The notes under the pieces were generated by a model, which was not told the origin of the DNA, did not search any database, and worked only from the letters and a program-made list of their open reading frames with translations. A program made the position numbers and the translations under genes. 64,000 nt of DNA from Podarcis bocagei (taxonomy: Eukaryota): NCBI GenBank assembly GCA_964188305.1, contig OZ076892.1. One strand, given 5' to 3'. This document shows positions 36,730 through 48,579 of the stretch, one piece after another (within the stretch, counting starts at the first letter, position 1; each line of letters begins with the position of its first letter).

Positions 36730-37224
36730 GCACGCAGAGCGCCGATTTCACAATAAACACCTGTCTAGAAGCCCTGGCACTTGTGCCCCAACAGCAGCAG
36801 CTCTGCACCTCCAGCTGGGCTCGCCCGCTCCCTTCGCAGCAAGGTGGGCCAACGCGAGCAGCTCCCGCGGAGCGAGCCGCTGTCTGCCCCCGCCCCCTTG
36901 TGCAAATCCAGCGCTCCTAATTGGTTCGGCTTGTGGCACGGGCGGGGCTCGAGGCGCCAGACGCGATATAAGGGAGCGAGCGAACAATGCGCCTCGATCC
37001 CGACTGGGTCGCGTTGGGGGGGCGGGGAAGCGGGAAAAGCCGCGCTTTCGGCAGCGGAGCGGGCGAGCGAGCGAGCACAGAAAGGCTAAGCTACCAAACC
37101 AGGCGGCGGCACCGCCTTCTTAGTTGAAAAAGCCCGGCGCTTGCACTTTTCCAGGCGGAGGAGCGCGCCCTACCGCGCGCTGCGCTCAGGTGAGCTCCCG
37201 TCGCAGGTGGGACGCGAGCAAGCC
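36730..37224 (+). promoter_or_regulatory. MYCL: MYCL CpG-island promoter / 5'UTR
   Basis: Octamer-like GTGCAAAT near 36900, inverted CCAAT (ATTGG) near 36920, TATAA at 36967-36971. AATGCGCCT at 36986 resembles the recalled human MYCL mRNA 5' end. Confidence 0.75.
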
Positions 37225-37699
37225 ATGGAGCTCGACCTGCCTCAGGCGCCGCCGGCGCCGCCCTACTTCTACGACCACCAAGAGTCGCCCGGCGACGACT
37301 TCCACCGCTCGAGCGCGCCCAGCGAGGACATCTGGAAGAAGTTCGAGCTGCTGCCCAGTCCGCCGGCCTCGCCGCTGGCGCCGGGCCCCGCCGAGGACGC
37401 GGCCGCCGACTACCTGCTGGAGCCCGGCCGGCTGCTGGGCAACCTGAGCGCATTCGTCCTCCGCGACTGCATGTGGAGCGGCTTCTCGGCCCGCGAGCGC
37501 CTGGAGAAAGCCATGGGCGAGAAGCTGACCGCCAAGCCGCCCGCCCAGGGCCCGCCAGCCGCCCCCGCCCCCACCGCCGCCCAAGCACCGCACGACGCCG
37601 CGCTAGGCGGGCTGTGCGTGGCCCCCGGCGCCGTCTTCGCCTGGCCCGCCGACTGCAAGCTCCCGCCCTCCTCCGGCTCCGAGAGCCAAAGCGAATCGG
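37225..37699 (+). CDS. MYCL: L-Myc first coding exon
   Basis: gccATGG Kozak context. YFYD...APSEDIWKKFELLPSPPASP (Myc box I), RDCMWSGFSARERLEKA (Myc box II). Donor TCGG|GTAAGG at 37700, phase 1. Confidence 0.95.
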
Positions 37700-38879
37700 G
37701 TAAGGCTGCCTCCGGGCCGGGGAGCGGGGCGGCGGACCGCACGGTACCCCCCAGGGGCACCCAGTCCTGCAGCTCTGGCTGGGCGCCGAAAGTTTCTCTC
37801 CCGGGACAAAAGGCTCCTCTCGCTCTTAATTTCCCGTGGCGCCCCTTGGACTGCGCCCCCTGTCTTCCCAGGTCTCCGTGCAGAATTCTGCAGTCCCCTT
37901 GGAGGGATCTTTTATTGCAAAATTCTCCGAGCTCTTGCATTTACTCTGCCCCCCTCCCGCCCCACTTCTTCACCAGAGGTTCTACTTTCAGGGGGAAGTG
38001 TGCATTGTCGTCCCGGCCCAGCTTCCCAAGGCTGCTGCTGGGACTTGCATAACGTGGTGAGCCCAACCCATCTGTCTTGCTTCCTCCTCCAACCTCTCCC
38101 AATTTAGCACCCTTTAGCACAGCCGGCGGGGGAGGGGGTGCCTGCCGCAGGACCGAAAAGAGAAGAAAAGGCGCCACTTGCGCAACTCCCTCCACCACTC
38201 CAGGAGGTTGGGTGGGGGGACCCAAGATACAGAGCATTTCTTTGAGAGGTTGCATTTCAGCAGGGCGGGCTTCTCCAGAGTTTCCTGGTTCAGGTTGTAA
38301 ACGCTGTCTATAAACCTGTGTTTATTGAAAAAGTTTGGCTTGGTTGGTGTTGCAGGCTGCTTATGCTTGTGGATTCTGGAGGGTTGCCACAGTAGACCTG
38401 TGATGGACAAAGGCTCTGGAAGGATTTGACCTGGGAAATACAAGAATTGTCTTGCAAACCCCCCTCCTCCCACAAAATGTTGAATGCAGTCTCAGGTCAG
38501 GTTCTGCAGCCAAGGGGAACCAGCCATATTATGCATGTTATAAAAGTTTTGTTGCATAAGTGCCCTCATCTATGCTTATAAGTGCATCAGTTGACATGTA
38601 ACCACTACTTTGCTGAGTTTGCTAACCTAGATCAGTCCAAAACAGCATCTCCACTGGCTGGTGCTGGTGGGAGTTGTAGTCCAAAACATCTGGAGGGCCC
38701 AAGGTTGGGGAAGCAAAGTCATTCCCATTTGATTATTGGCACATGACTTGCTGTTCAGCTATCCTCTGATGGAGGCATGCAAAGGCAGTGTGTGTGTGAA
38801 TGGGATCATAAAGACCACCTTTCTGTCTTTGAATCCAAAGAGTCATCAACCCCTTGCAATGCAGGAGTCAACATCAATG

Positions 38880-39057
38880 GGGAAGAACCGTAATTCTTTG
38901 GTAGAGCATCACCTTTGTATGGAGAAGGTTTGAAATTCGATCTCTGGCATCTCCAAGTAGAACTGAGAATCATCCTTTCAAATCCTAGTAAGCTGTTGCA
39001 AGTCAGTATAGAATCTAGACAATACTGACTTGGTACAGTATAAGGTAGCTTCCTATG
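38880..39057 (+). mobile_element. Degenerate tRNA-Ala-derived SINE (Squam3-like)
   Basis: Homologous to 62099-62293. Other decayed copies near 36445-36600 and 50290-50500 (-). Confidence 0.55.
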
Positions 39058-42000
39058 CAGGATTGAACTACTCACAGCTAGAAGCCTGCCTCTGTCTTTT
39101 CAAGTCTCTAAGGAAGGAAATTTCACAACCTCTTCCTTCTCCCCCAGCCCAGCCCAATTTGTTTGGCTAATCTGATCTCAATGCTTTTAAATCTTAAGTT
39201 TTTAAAAATGCTTTCATTCTGTTTGGATTGATGTACCTCGCTTGCACGTCCAGTCCTCATTTGTAGGCAGACCACAGAATAATAGCAGGACTTTCTGTAC
39301 ACACCAACATATTTAGGGGGCAACCTTCTTTGTGAGCCTCTAGCAACCTTTGCCAACCTGGTCCGTCCCCCTTGCAAACTCTCACCTGCTTCAGGTTGTT
39401 TGGACTGCAACTCCCAACAGCCCCAACTAGAACACCACATGAATATTGTGTTCAGGGTTAACATTGCTATAAATAAACTTGTGGCATGTGTTATCCCTTG
39501 AAAAACTGACATAGCCTTGAAATGGGCACACTTTCTAATACTCTGGCCTTGTTGTTAATCCTTGTAGGGCTGAGTCACTGGGTAAGCAGTGACTGCTTAT
39601 ATGACTCACTATAGAGCCTGAATAGGGCTTGGGTTGAGAAACAAATTGGGTATAAGATTTAATTACATTAGGAGAAGCAGGTCTTAATCTCAATTAGCAG
39701 AAGGGGCGGGGAATGTTATTGATTTATTTAATTGTGCTTGCCCTTGCTGACCTGGACTTTTCACCCCCATCAGCATCTAGGCTCCTCCTTCAGATGCTGT
39801 TTTTTTCAGCCAGTCACATGATTCCTGGGACAAAAAGCAACAGATGCAAGTGTTTGTGTGTGTGCACTCTCAATAGCTCACTATGCCAATGAGAGATGGA
39901 GGGTAGGTAACAGCAGTGTTTCAAGCACTGCTATTGGCTGATTGCCAGGATGCTTGGAGAAGGTTGTTCTCACGGAGTCACATTTTTTTTTATTAATGGG
40001 AAAGTGCTGATTGTTTGCCCAATGCAAGTTTTAGAAGGAGACCACTTAAAAATGCAAAGCAAGTGGGGGGAAGGCAAAGTGGGGGCATAGCTGGCCTGTG
40101 TTCTTTCTTTATAAATTAATGGAGGCAGAAACAAGGCTTAAACAATGCAATTGGGGGCACCAGATAGTGTGCACTGTGGATGAGAACTTATGTGGAGGGC
40201 TGGGAGGGTGTGGAGCACAAGCCTTGCTGAAACTGAGCCTGCTGCAGGAGACCTTTCCCTGTCCATAGAATTAAGCAGACGGAGCAAGCTGGAGTGTCCA
40301 CTGTATGCTCTGCTGCTACCATTGTCTGGCTGTGATTCTCCATTTGCCATGGGCTTTAATGGCTTGGAACCTCTGGCACAGAGATGGGATAAAATAACAC
40401 TGCTGAGTTCCGCTATGCCATTCTTCCCTAGCCTCGTGCTCTCCAGGTCTTTTGGACTACAACTCCCATCAGTGCAGGCATGCCAATTCTAGGGGGTCAA
40501 TGTGTCTCATTATTGGTTGGAAGGAGGTCAGTTGCACATCTCAGCTTCAGTGGCTGGCTTCTGCAGACGACAACGTTGCATGTGTGACATCACACAAGCA
40601 CAATACGCATCTGCACTCTCAGTCTTGGGTGTGGCTATGTGTGTGAGCAACTTGGCGCTTCTGCGTCAGTGCTGGCTATCATGAGCTGACTTGATAGAAG
40701 CAGTGAATTCCTTCCACCCATGTTTCTGAAGAGTTAAAAATTTTGACCCTTCCCCATTTGTGACATGAGGTGGTTTTCTTCTGCATATGATGGTGCTTAA
40801 GCTTTTGAAAAAGGAGGACAAGAGTATCTTGCACTCTCCTGGGGGCCTCATGGTAGTGAGCTGTCACAGAAGCTTGTAAAAATGGTTTTTAGACATGCGC
40901 CCCACAGAAGACTGTCTATGTGCCTTGTTCCTGAGAGCAAGCAAGAGGAGCCTTAGCAGGTGACATGTGAAATGCTGGAGACATGCTTTGAATGACTCCT
41001 ACTCTTAAGTAGGCACGACGCCACCTTCTGTGTAACTTGAAATCATTTTCATTGTGTATTTCTGTGAAAAATATGCCTCCTGTAGTTTTCTCCACAAGGG
41101 CCCTTGGTCAGTTTCTAGGAAACATTGTCTATGTGCAACCTGTCACAGGCTGTCTTAGGCATACAAGTTCCATTGTCCTCAGCAGAACTTAATTCCAGCC
41201 AACACAGATAGGGAGAAGCTTTCCTCTGAAAGCTGTTGCTGCAGTAAACCAGATGGCTGATTTCTTGCTCATGCAGACTAGCGGGACTTCGCTTTGTGAG
41301 TTCAGAACCGATCTCTTTGTTTTCTACTGTGATAACCTTTCCCCTTAAACTTCTTTCTTTAAAAAACTCTGACCACTTTGTCTGAAGGCTGTATAACTTG
41401 AATCTTTTGAAAGTCACTCAAGCCTTCTGTGCAAAGGCCTTTAAAGGACCTTCTCTTCCCACCCCCTTCCTGTATACTGGATGGGGAGGTGCCGAGATCC
41501 TTTCTGTGCATCTCTGGCTAAGTGGGGAGGGCTGCCCACTGTGTGTGTTGGGGAGGTTGTTTGTGCAGGGGAATGGAATCCTTTGAACAGGATTTACTAC
41601 TTCTGAAAAGTAGCAAATCCCTCCTGAAGTGTGAAGCTGTAGGGGCAAAGGCCATCTCTCCCCATTCCCTGCTTCATTTACAATTCCAATGGGCAATGAA
41701 AGAGCCTTGGGGGGTGGAGGTTGGGGGAGAGATAGAGCTTTAGCAGTAAACTTTGTTCCAGGCCAATGGTGACTATTGCCCCCAGTCTTTTTAATTGGGG
41801 ATGGGGAGCATAGGAATGCCTTGATGATGGCCTGGCCTTTTGTCCCTTACAATTGCCTTTGGGAAAGCCACCCCCTCCCCTCCAGGGACACAAAGACAAA
41901 AAACCTCCATTCCATTGCAATTGTTAACAGACCCTTGGGGACAGAAATGTTCATCCCTCCCCAGAATGAAGCTCCCAGTACCACAGGATTCCTGCAGGAA

Positions 42001-43602
42001 TTACATTTGCTCAGGACTTTGCAATAGCACCAAGTCAGACTGCTTGAGAGAAGGTAGATCAGACCGCTCATCCTTTCAGTAAATGCTAAAGGTTAAGAAT
42101 CTAGTCTTTGCCCTCAAAATAAAGCAGCTTACAGGGTGAGATTTGAATCTGGAACCATGCCCAACACTTTATGGAGTGGGCAATAAGTACATTAGGATGC
42201 TCTAGTAGTAGATTGGGAAGGACTTTTCAGTTTGCCTTTTAAAAAAAGAAATAAGTGAAAACCTTCTGGTCGGCCTTGAGCTAATGACTTATCTTTCATC
42301 TTGGGTGTTCTTCATACGAAAATGAGCACTACTTGGTGGATTTTGATGTGGTGTTTATAGCTCTGTTTACCAGTTTCTGAGTTGTGTAGCTTCACCGTTA
42401 ATTTAAAAGCATACTTATTCTGCTCTTTAGGCGAAAAGATAAATGAAAACAAGGAGGGGAAAAGAAAACAAGTGAACTTGATAATCAGTTCTTAAAGTTA
42501 GTTTTCATCTCTATATATGGCTTATGAGGTGCAGAAGGAACCTGGCTCAGCAGGTGCATCTTAAATAACCCCTTTGCCCTGCACTTCACCCCCTGGCTTG
42601 TGCATCTTCCTAGTCCTTTCCTACTTCAGCCTCTGCTGTGTGTGGTAGCTTCAGGAACCAAAAGAGATGAAGAGACCCACCTGTCCCCAGTTGGCCTCAG
42701 TGCTCAATAGTAAGACATCTGTAGACGAGCTCTTTGCTGATTCTGCAGAAACAGATTTCATAGCATCCCTGGAGCCAGGGATTAAAAGAAAGGTGGGGCT
42801 TTGCCTTGCCCTTTTGTTTTCAGTCCCCTCCCCCCCCCTCCACAACATTTGGTGCAGGTCCCCATCTCTTCTTCATCATTCTCCACTGATATTTGAGCAA
42901 CCTTTGTCACCACCCTGTGTGTGTGCAAGTTCTCCATTTGGGATTCAGGAAGGAGGAAAAGTAGAGAGGCTTCAGTAGTAATCTTTAGGAAGCCTTTGAT
43001 AGCTCAGGTCTGGGAAGGTGATGACTTGCCCCAAATGTGCTGCTCCTTCTGTGATGCAGCTGATGTTGGTTACTGCTTCCCAGATTCTTACTACTTCAAA
43101 TGGAGCTGCATGGTTTTATGTTCCTGAACACCTGCTCCCCTCAAAATGCTTGGACCACTACCTTGTTGCAACTTGCAATGGCATAGAAAGGTTGGTTCCT
43201 TCATTAGACACCTCATGCAGTTCTGTTTAGAATAAGGAACTGGGAATCGGTCCCAGACCCTTTGAGGAATCCAGTTCCACTTGATGTACAGAGCTGGCTT
43301 TGAAGCAAAGCAGGTTGAGTCTAGTCAGTGAGGCTGCCTTGTAACCTCAGTACAGCTTGAATGTATGTATGCTGCCTTGATTTTCGTGGTGGTAAAAAAG
43401 TGGGGTGATAAAAAAGTCAGCTACACTTCCCATCATCCCTGTCCATTGGCTAAGCTGGCTGAGGCTGATGGGAGCTGTAGTACAAAACATCTGGGGGGCA
43501 CCTGGTTGGCTGCATGAAACCCACCATGGTGTGCTAACTTGTGTGTTACTGCCTGAAGGTTTACCAAGGTTTAATGGCTTGTTCCCTCTTGTTTGTACAC
43601 AG

Positions 43603-44195
43603 AAGGGGAAGAAATTGACGTGGTGACGGTTGAGAAGAGGCAGTCGCTGGGTGTGAGGAAGCCGGTGACCATCACTGTGCGGGCTGACCCCTTGGACCCT
43701 TGCATGAAACGTTTCCACATATCCATCCACCAGCAGCAGCACAATTACGCAGCCCGCTCACCACCCGAGGCTTGTTCCTGCACCACTGCCTTGGAGAAAA
43801 GCAGTCAAGAGGAAGAGGAGGAGGAGGAGGAGGAGGATGGTGGTGCACAGTCCCTGAGGCAAGTGGCAGAGCCTTCCTCTCTTGAACCTTTCCTCCTGAA
43901 ATCCGGGAGCGCTCCCAGTTCGGACAGTGAAGACGTGACCAAGCGGAAAAACCACAACTACTTGGAGCGCAAGCGGCGCAACGACCTGCGCTCGCGTTTC
44001 CTGGCACTGAGGGACCAGGTCCCTGGTCTCGCCACCTGCCCCAAAACCCCCAAAGTGGTGGTGCTGAGCAAAGCGTCAGAGTATCTGCAGTCACTACTCA
44101 AAGCAGAGCAGCAGATGGTTGCTGAGAAGAAGCTGCTAAAATTGCATCAGCTTCAGCTGTTGAAACGGATTTCGTACCTCAAGAGTGCGCATTAG
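43603..44195 (+). CDS. MYCL: L-Myc last coding exon (bHLH-LZ)
   Basis: Acceptor tttgtacacAG at 43601-43602. EEIDVVTVEKRQSL...DPLDPCMKRFHISIHQQQHNYAA...KRKNHNYLERKRRNDLRSRFLALRDQVP...KTPKVVVLSKA, then TAG. Spliced CDS is 1068 nt = 355 aa. Confidence 0.96.
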
Positions 44196-47100
44196 CTGCC
44201 AGGAACTCCAAACTGCTTGCCAGCCTGATCTCTGCACTTTTTGTGGGGGGGGGGGGAACCAAACAAAAACAAATTGGTTTGTTGACTTGCAGATCCCAGA
44301 ATGCAATGCAGCTGGTGCACACAAATGGGGGCTTGCATTCCATACACTATTTTCCACCCTGGTCTTCTCTCTTAGCCAGTTATGGGTGCTGGAGAATCTC
44401 CTAAGTTGTGCAGGAGTGATGATGATCAGGGCAGTGGGGTTGAGCGGGGTTTAGCTACTCAGACTTCAGCTTCTACAGCAAAATGCTGACTTCTTCACAG
44501 GCTGAATGAGCCTCCATTCTGGTTGGGATCACCAGAGGCCTGAGTGTTTCTCTGGAAAAGCATCTTGTGGAATGCTTCACAGTACTTTCTGACAGAGGGG
44601 CCTGAGTCAACATTTCTAAAGCTGGGGCAAAGATGGACCCTTCAGTTGTCTCTCCCAAGAGGCTCCTTCTGTTTCCCCCAGTCAAAGTTGGATTGTAAAC
44701 ACTGGCTATGGATAGTTCTACATACCCTCTTTTCCCCCCAGGCTCTGCTTCTTGCCACTGGCATTTAAGAAGACAGATATCTTGTGCAATTTGTTTCTTT
44801 TTTTACAATGGTCCTACGCAATAGACTTTTTCCCACCCCCAAGCACACTCCCCCGCCCTATTTTCCAATGTTGTTTAGGATTGACAGCTCTCTTCCCTTC
44901 TTGGAATTTATTATGGGTGAATTTTTAAATGTCGCCACCTCTGATGTCCTGGCTAGGGCTTATAGGAGTTGTAGCCCAAAACATCTGGAGGGTACCAGGT
45001 GGAGAATGTCACATTATGTGAAGTTATTTCACAGCTGACACTTGAAGACAGCTTAAATCTGGCTTTTGCTTGAGATCTACAGCTAGATAACCCCTCAGGC
45101 TAAGATCAGTGCCTTTCACACTTGAGGTGGAAAAAAATATTGGGCAGATCTACACCATGCACTTAAAGCACATGACTTCCCCCACCCAATCCCCAAAGAA
45201 TCCTGGCATCTGTAGTTTCTCACAGAGCCAGAATTCCCAGCACCCTCAACAAACTAAAGTTCCCAGGATTCTTTGGGTGAAAACATGTGCTTTAAAATGT
45301 ATGGTGTGATTCTGCCCTTAATGGCATCAGCATAATAGACCCCAAAGTGGATTGATTTCAGTGGGATTAATTCAGGTGAACTTCCAATCAGTTGTGTCCA
45401 GTGATGATGCTGTCTTGCTGTGTCAACCTTGAATCTGCCCCTCGGGGGTAATTCCTCTTTCTGAGATGGAGGGGTGCAGAACCTTCTCTCAAGAACTGTT
45501 AGAGGCTTTATGTGTGCATTTAAGACATTCTCCCCCCCTCCCCCCCCACAACTGTTCCTTCACTGGAAATGCACTGAGATCACCTTGGATTTCATTTACC
45601 TCATACTTATTTTTCCACTTGGGCAATGCAGCTTCTTGTCTTTGGTTTTGTATATCCTAGAATCCATTGTTGTGACTGCCTGATTCTTTATACTGGATGA
45701 CTTTTTTTAAGATATACTATTTTTATACTTTTTTTAGAAATTATTTTGTAAAATACTTGTTCTTTTTTTCCTCCCAGCTTTTCAAAGATAAAACTGTGGG
45801 TAGAGGGCTCTCAGTACTGCTTTTGTAGATGAGATCGTTCAAACAGATTCAGCAGAAAAAAAATACTTCTGCTTTGACTAGAAAATGATTTCCTAAGTCA
45901 GGGGTCTGGTCCCAAGTTTCAAGCACCAATAATGAGACTATTAGACATCTTACGGGTGTTTTGGTAGAGTGGGTGGGTAAGGGAGTTCCTAGATGGGAAC
46001 ATTGTAATTTCAACTGCCCCCTATAGAGAAGTTTTCTACTGAAGGTGTCCTACTGATTCTTAAGACTAAGAGAAGCCTTTCCCCCTCCACCTTCCCTTTC
46101 TCTGGAAATAAAAGGGCTGCATGAATATATTTTGGGGGAAATGTGCAGTGTGGCGTTGTTAATTGATGTTTACTCACAGCTAGGTTCCACTGTGTCGCCC
46201 CCAGGAATGGGAGCACCTCAGTCCCATGCATAAAGAGAAAGAAAGCAGTGATAATGTGGTGATGTGTTTTTTGCTCTGGTTTTGCCAGGTCCTTAACAGC
46301 TTTTGTTGAGCTGGCTGGGGCTACCCCCCTCTCCCTCCTTCCCTTTTATGCAGATCCCTCCCACCCATCCTCCTTTGTCTCTTGGGTAGGGAGAGGCCAG
46401 AGCTGGAGGTGATGGATGACCCTTTATCTTGGCTTGCACACAGTTTGGTGGGCGCAGACTGGTCTCCCACAATGCATTGGGGGCTCCTTCAGGCGTTCTT
46501 TGACTGGCCCGCTGGAGCCTCAAGGCTGGGTGGTCAGACTTAGCACTTTCTTTGTTACCTCGCACTTCTTAAATAAACGGAATCTCAAAAAGGACAGGCT
46601 GAGTCTGCTTTTCCCCCCTCCCTTTTTGAGCCAAGGGATATATGTGAGACCCTTATCTGCAAAGATAAATCAGTCTTCGTGTTTGTAATTTGGTTGAATG
46701 CATGTTCGTTTAGTTATGTAGAGGAGGGGAAGAGGAGAAAGTTTGGACAATATCCTGGAAAAAGAGAACCAGGGGAGCATGGTTCTGGCATGTGCTCCGA
46801 AGGAAGAGCATGGGAAATGAAGAAGTAGTAGGAGAGCTGTCATAGCCCGCAGCTGAATCAACCCATCCACATGCAGCTAATAAGAGAGTGTAGGCAGGAA
46901 TTCTTTCTCTGCTGCTCTTGATGTGTGGAGATTCTTTTATGTTTATATAGGACCTGGGGGGATTTTACAGTATTCTGTAGGCTTATGATGATCCTGGGAT
47001 AAGAAAAAGACATAAATGGAAGACAATATTTCAGCAGCAGTAGTAGAAAATGTAAAAAGCTGTGTATTTGAGGTGATTAACTGTATTTGCACATCATCTT

Positions 47101-48223
47101 TCCTCTGCTGGGAGATGGACCAGACCCTCTGAAGCACTGAGCTCACCTTCTCACCTGTCTGAAAGTCCTGCCCCTGCTTTCATTTCCCTCTTACTGGCTG
47201 CACATTTCCATATTCAGCAGTGTAGCTGAAAGATCTTTTTGTAGGAATTAATGCACCCTAAATCTTTTGGCCCCCTTAGAGTTGGATTCAGTTCTCTGCA
47301 GCAAGCATTCCTTTCTGTGTCTGCCTGCCACTGGGAGCCATCAGAAGTGGAGGCAATGTATCAGCAGAGCCCCTCAGGAATCCTGGCAAAACAGACTTCT
47401 TGCCTCTGTAGCAGGTTGGGCTAGATGAACTTTGGGATGCTTTCAGCTCTGATTCTGTCAGAGCCATCCTGGTTCTGCTTGGCTCAACAACCTCTAATAA
47501 AAAAGAAAAACCCATCCCTATCAGAGGCAGGCTCTTTCACGGAGAATCAGCTTGCACCTTTAGGAAGTTCATCCTTGTGTTTAGTCTATACAGTATTTCT
47601 CTACCAGTTCAGGTCCTATCATTGGAACCAACAGATGGTGACAAATTGTTTCTATATGACAGCCACCTTCACAGTTTTGAAAGGCTCTCCTGTCACAACT
47701 TTACTTCAGACTTCACCTACCCACTTTCTTCAACATTTCCTCACAGGACTGTCTCCAGGCCTCTCACCATCTTTGTTGATATTCTCTGGGCACATTTAAC
47801 ATTGCTGATATCCTAAAACCATTGTGTCCAGACAGAAAGCAGAAGAGGTTGGCTAACCAGGTGACCCGGAATCATAGTCTTTAAATAGCTGTTCTTGCAT
47901 AGAAAATAATGGTAAGATAAGAGGACTTTTACTTGAGGGGGTGTTTTTAAACAAGGCAAATGGGCCTAAGAACATTTGGGTTTTACTCATATCTCAACAC
48001 AATGCATTAAGAAGCAAGTTTTCTTCCCCTCATTCTGAGAAGTTTTAGAACAAGCTGAACGGGTCGCACTTCTAGAACAGCAGCTATATCAGTGTGTTGT
48101 ACTAAAGGAAAATCCCCTCTGCATATGTAATTTGAGAATGGACCTGTCTAGGATTGAGCACTCCAATCTGAGGTGCCAGGATGAAAGGGTCTTTGGGCTG
48201 TATCCCACTAAGTTCTCTGTAGA

Positions 48224-48579
48224 GTAAAGGTAAAGGGACCCCTGACCATTAGGTCCAGTCGTGACCGACTCTGGGGTTGCGGCGCTCATCTCGCTCTATG
48301 GGCCGAGGGAGCCAGCGTTTGTCCGCAGGCAGCTTCCGGGTCATGTGGTCAGCATGACTAAGCCACTTCTGGCGAACCAGAGTAGCGCACGGAAACGCCG
48401 TTTACCTTCCCGCCGGAGCGGTTCCGATTTATCTACTTGCACTTTGACGTGCTTTCAAACTGCTGGTGGGCAGGAGCAGGGACCGAGCAACGGGAGCTCA
48501 CCCCGTCACAGGGATTCGAACCGCCGACCTTCTGATCGGCAAGTCCTAGGCTCTGTGGTTTAACCCACACCTGTGTCCC
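48224..48579 (-). mobile_element. Sauria SINE
   Basis: Same family as 25123. TSD CTCTGTAGAGTA at 48215-48226 and 48582-48593. Confidence 0.92.

Noticed and set aside
37190-37206. 17-nt GT-AG micro-intron
   Set aside because: Far below the minimum vertebrate intron size. The two sites can only be alternatives.
37700-38052. C-terminal part of the 303-aa ORF as MYCL protein
   Set aside because: This is read-through past the GTAAGG donor. Myc similarity resumes at 43603.
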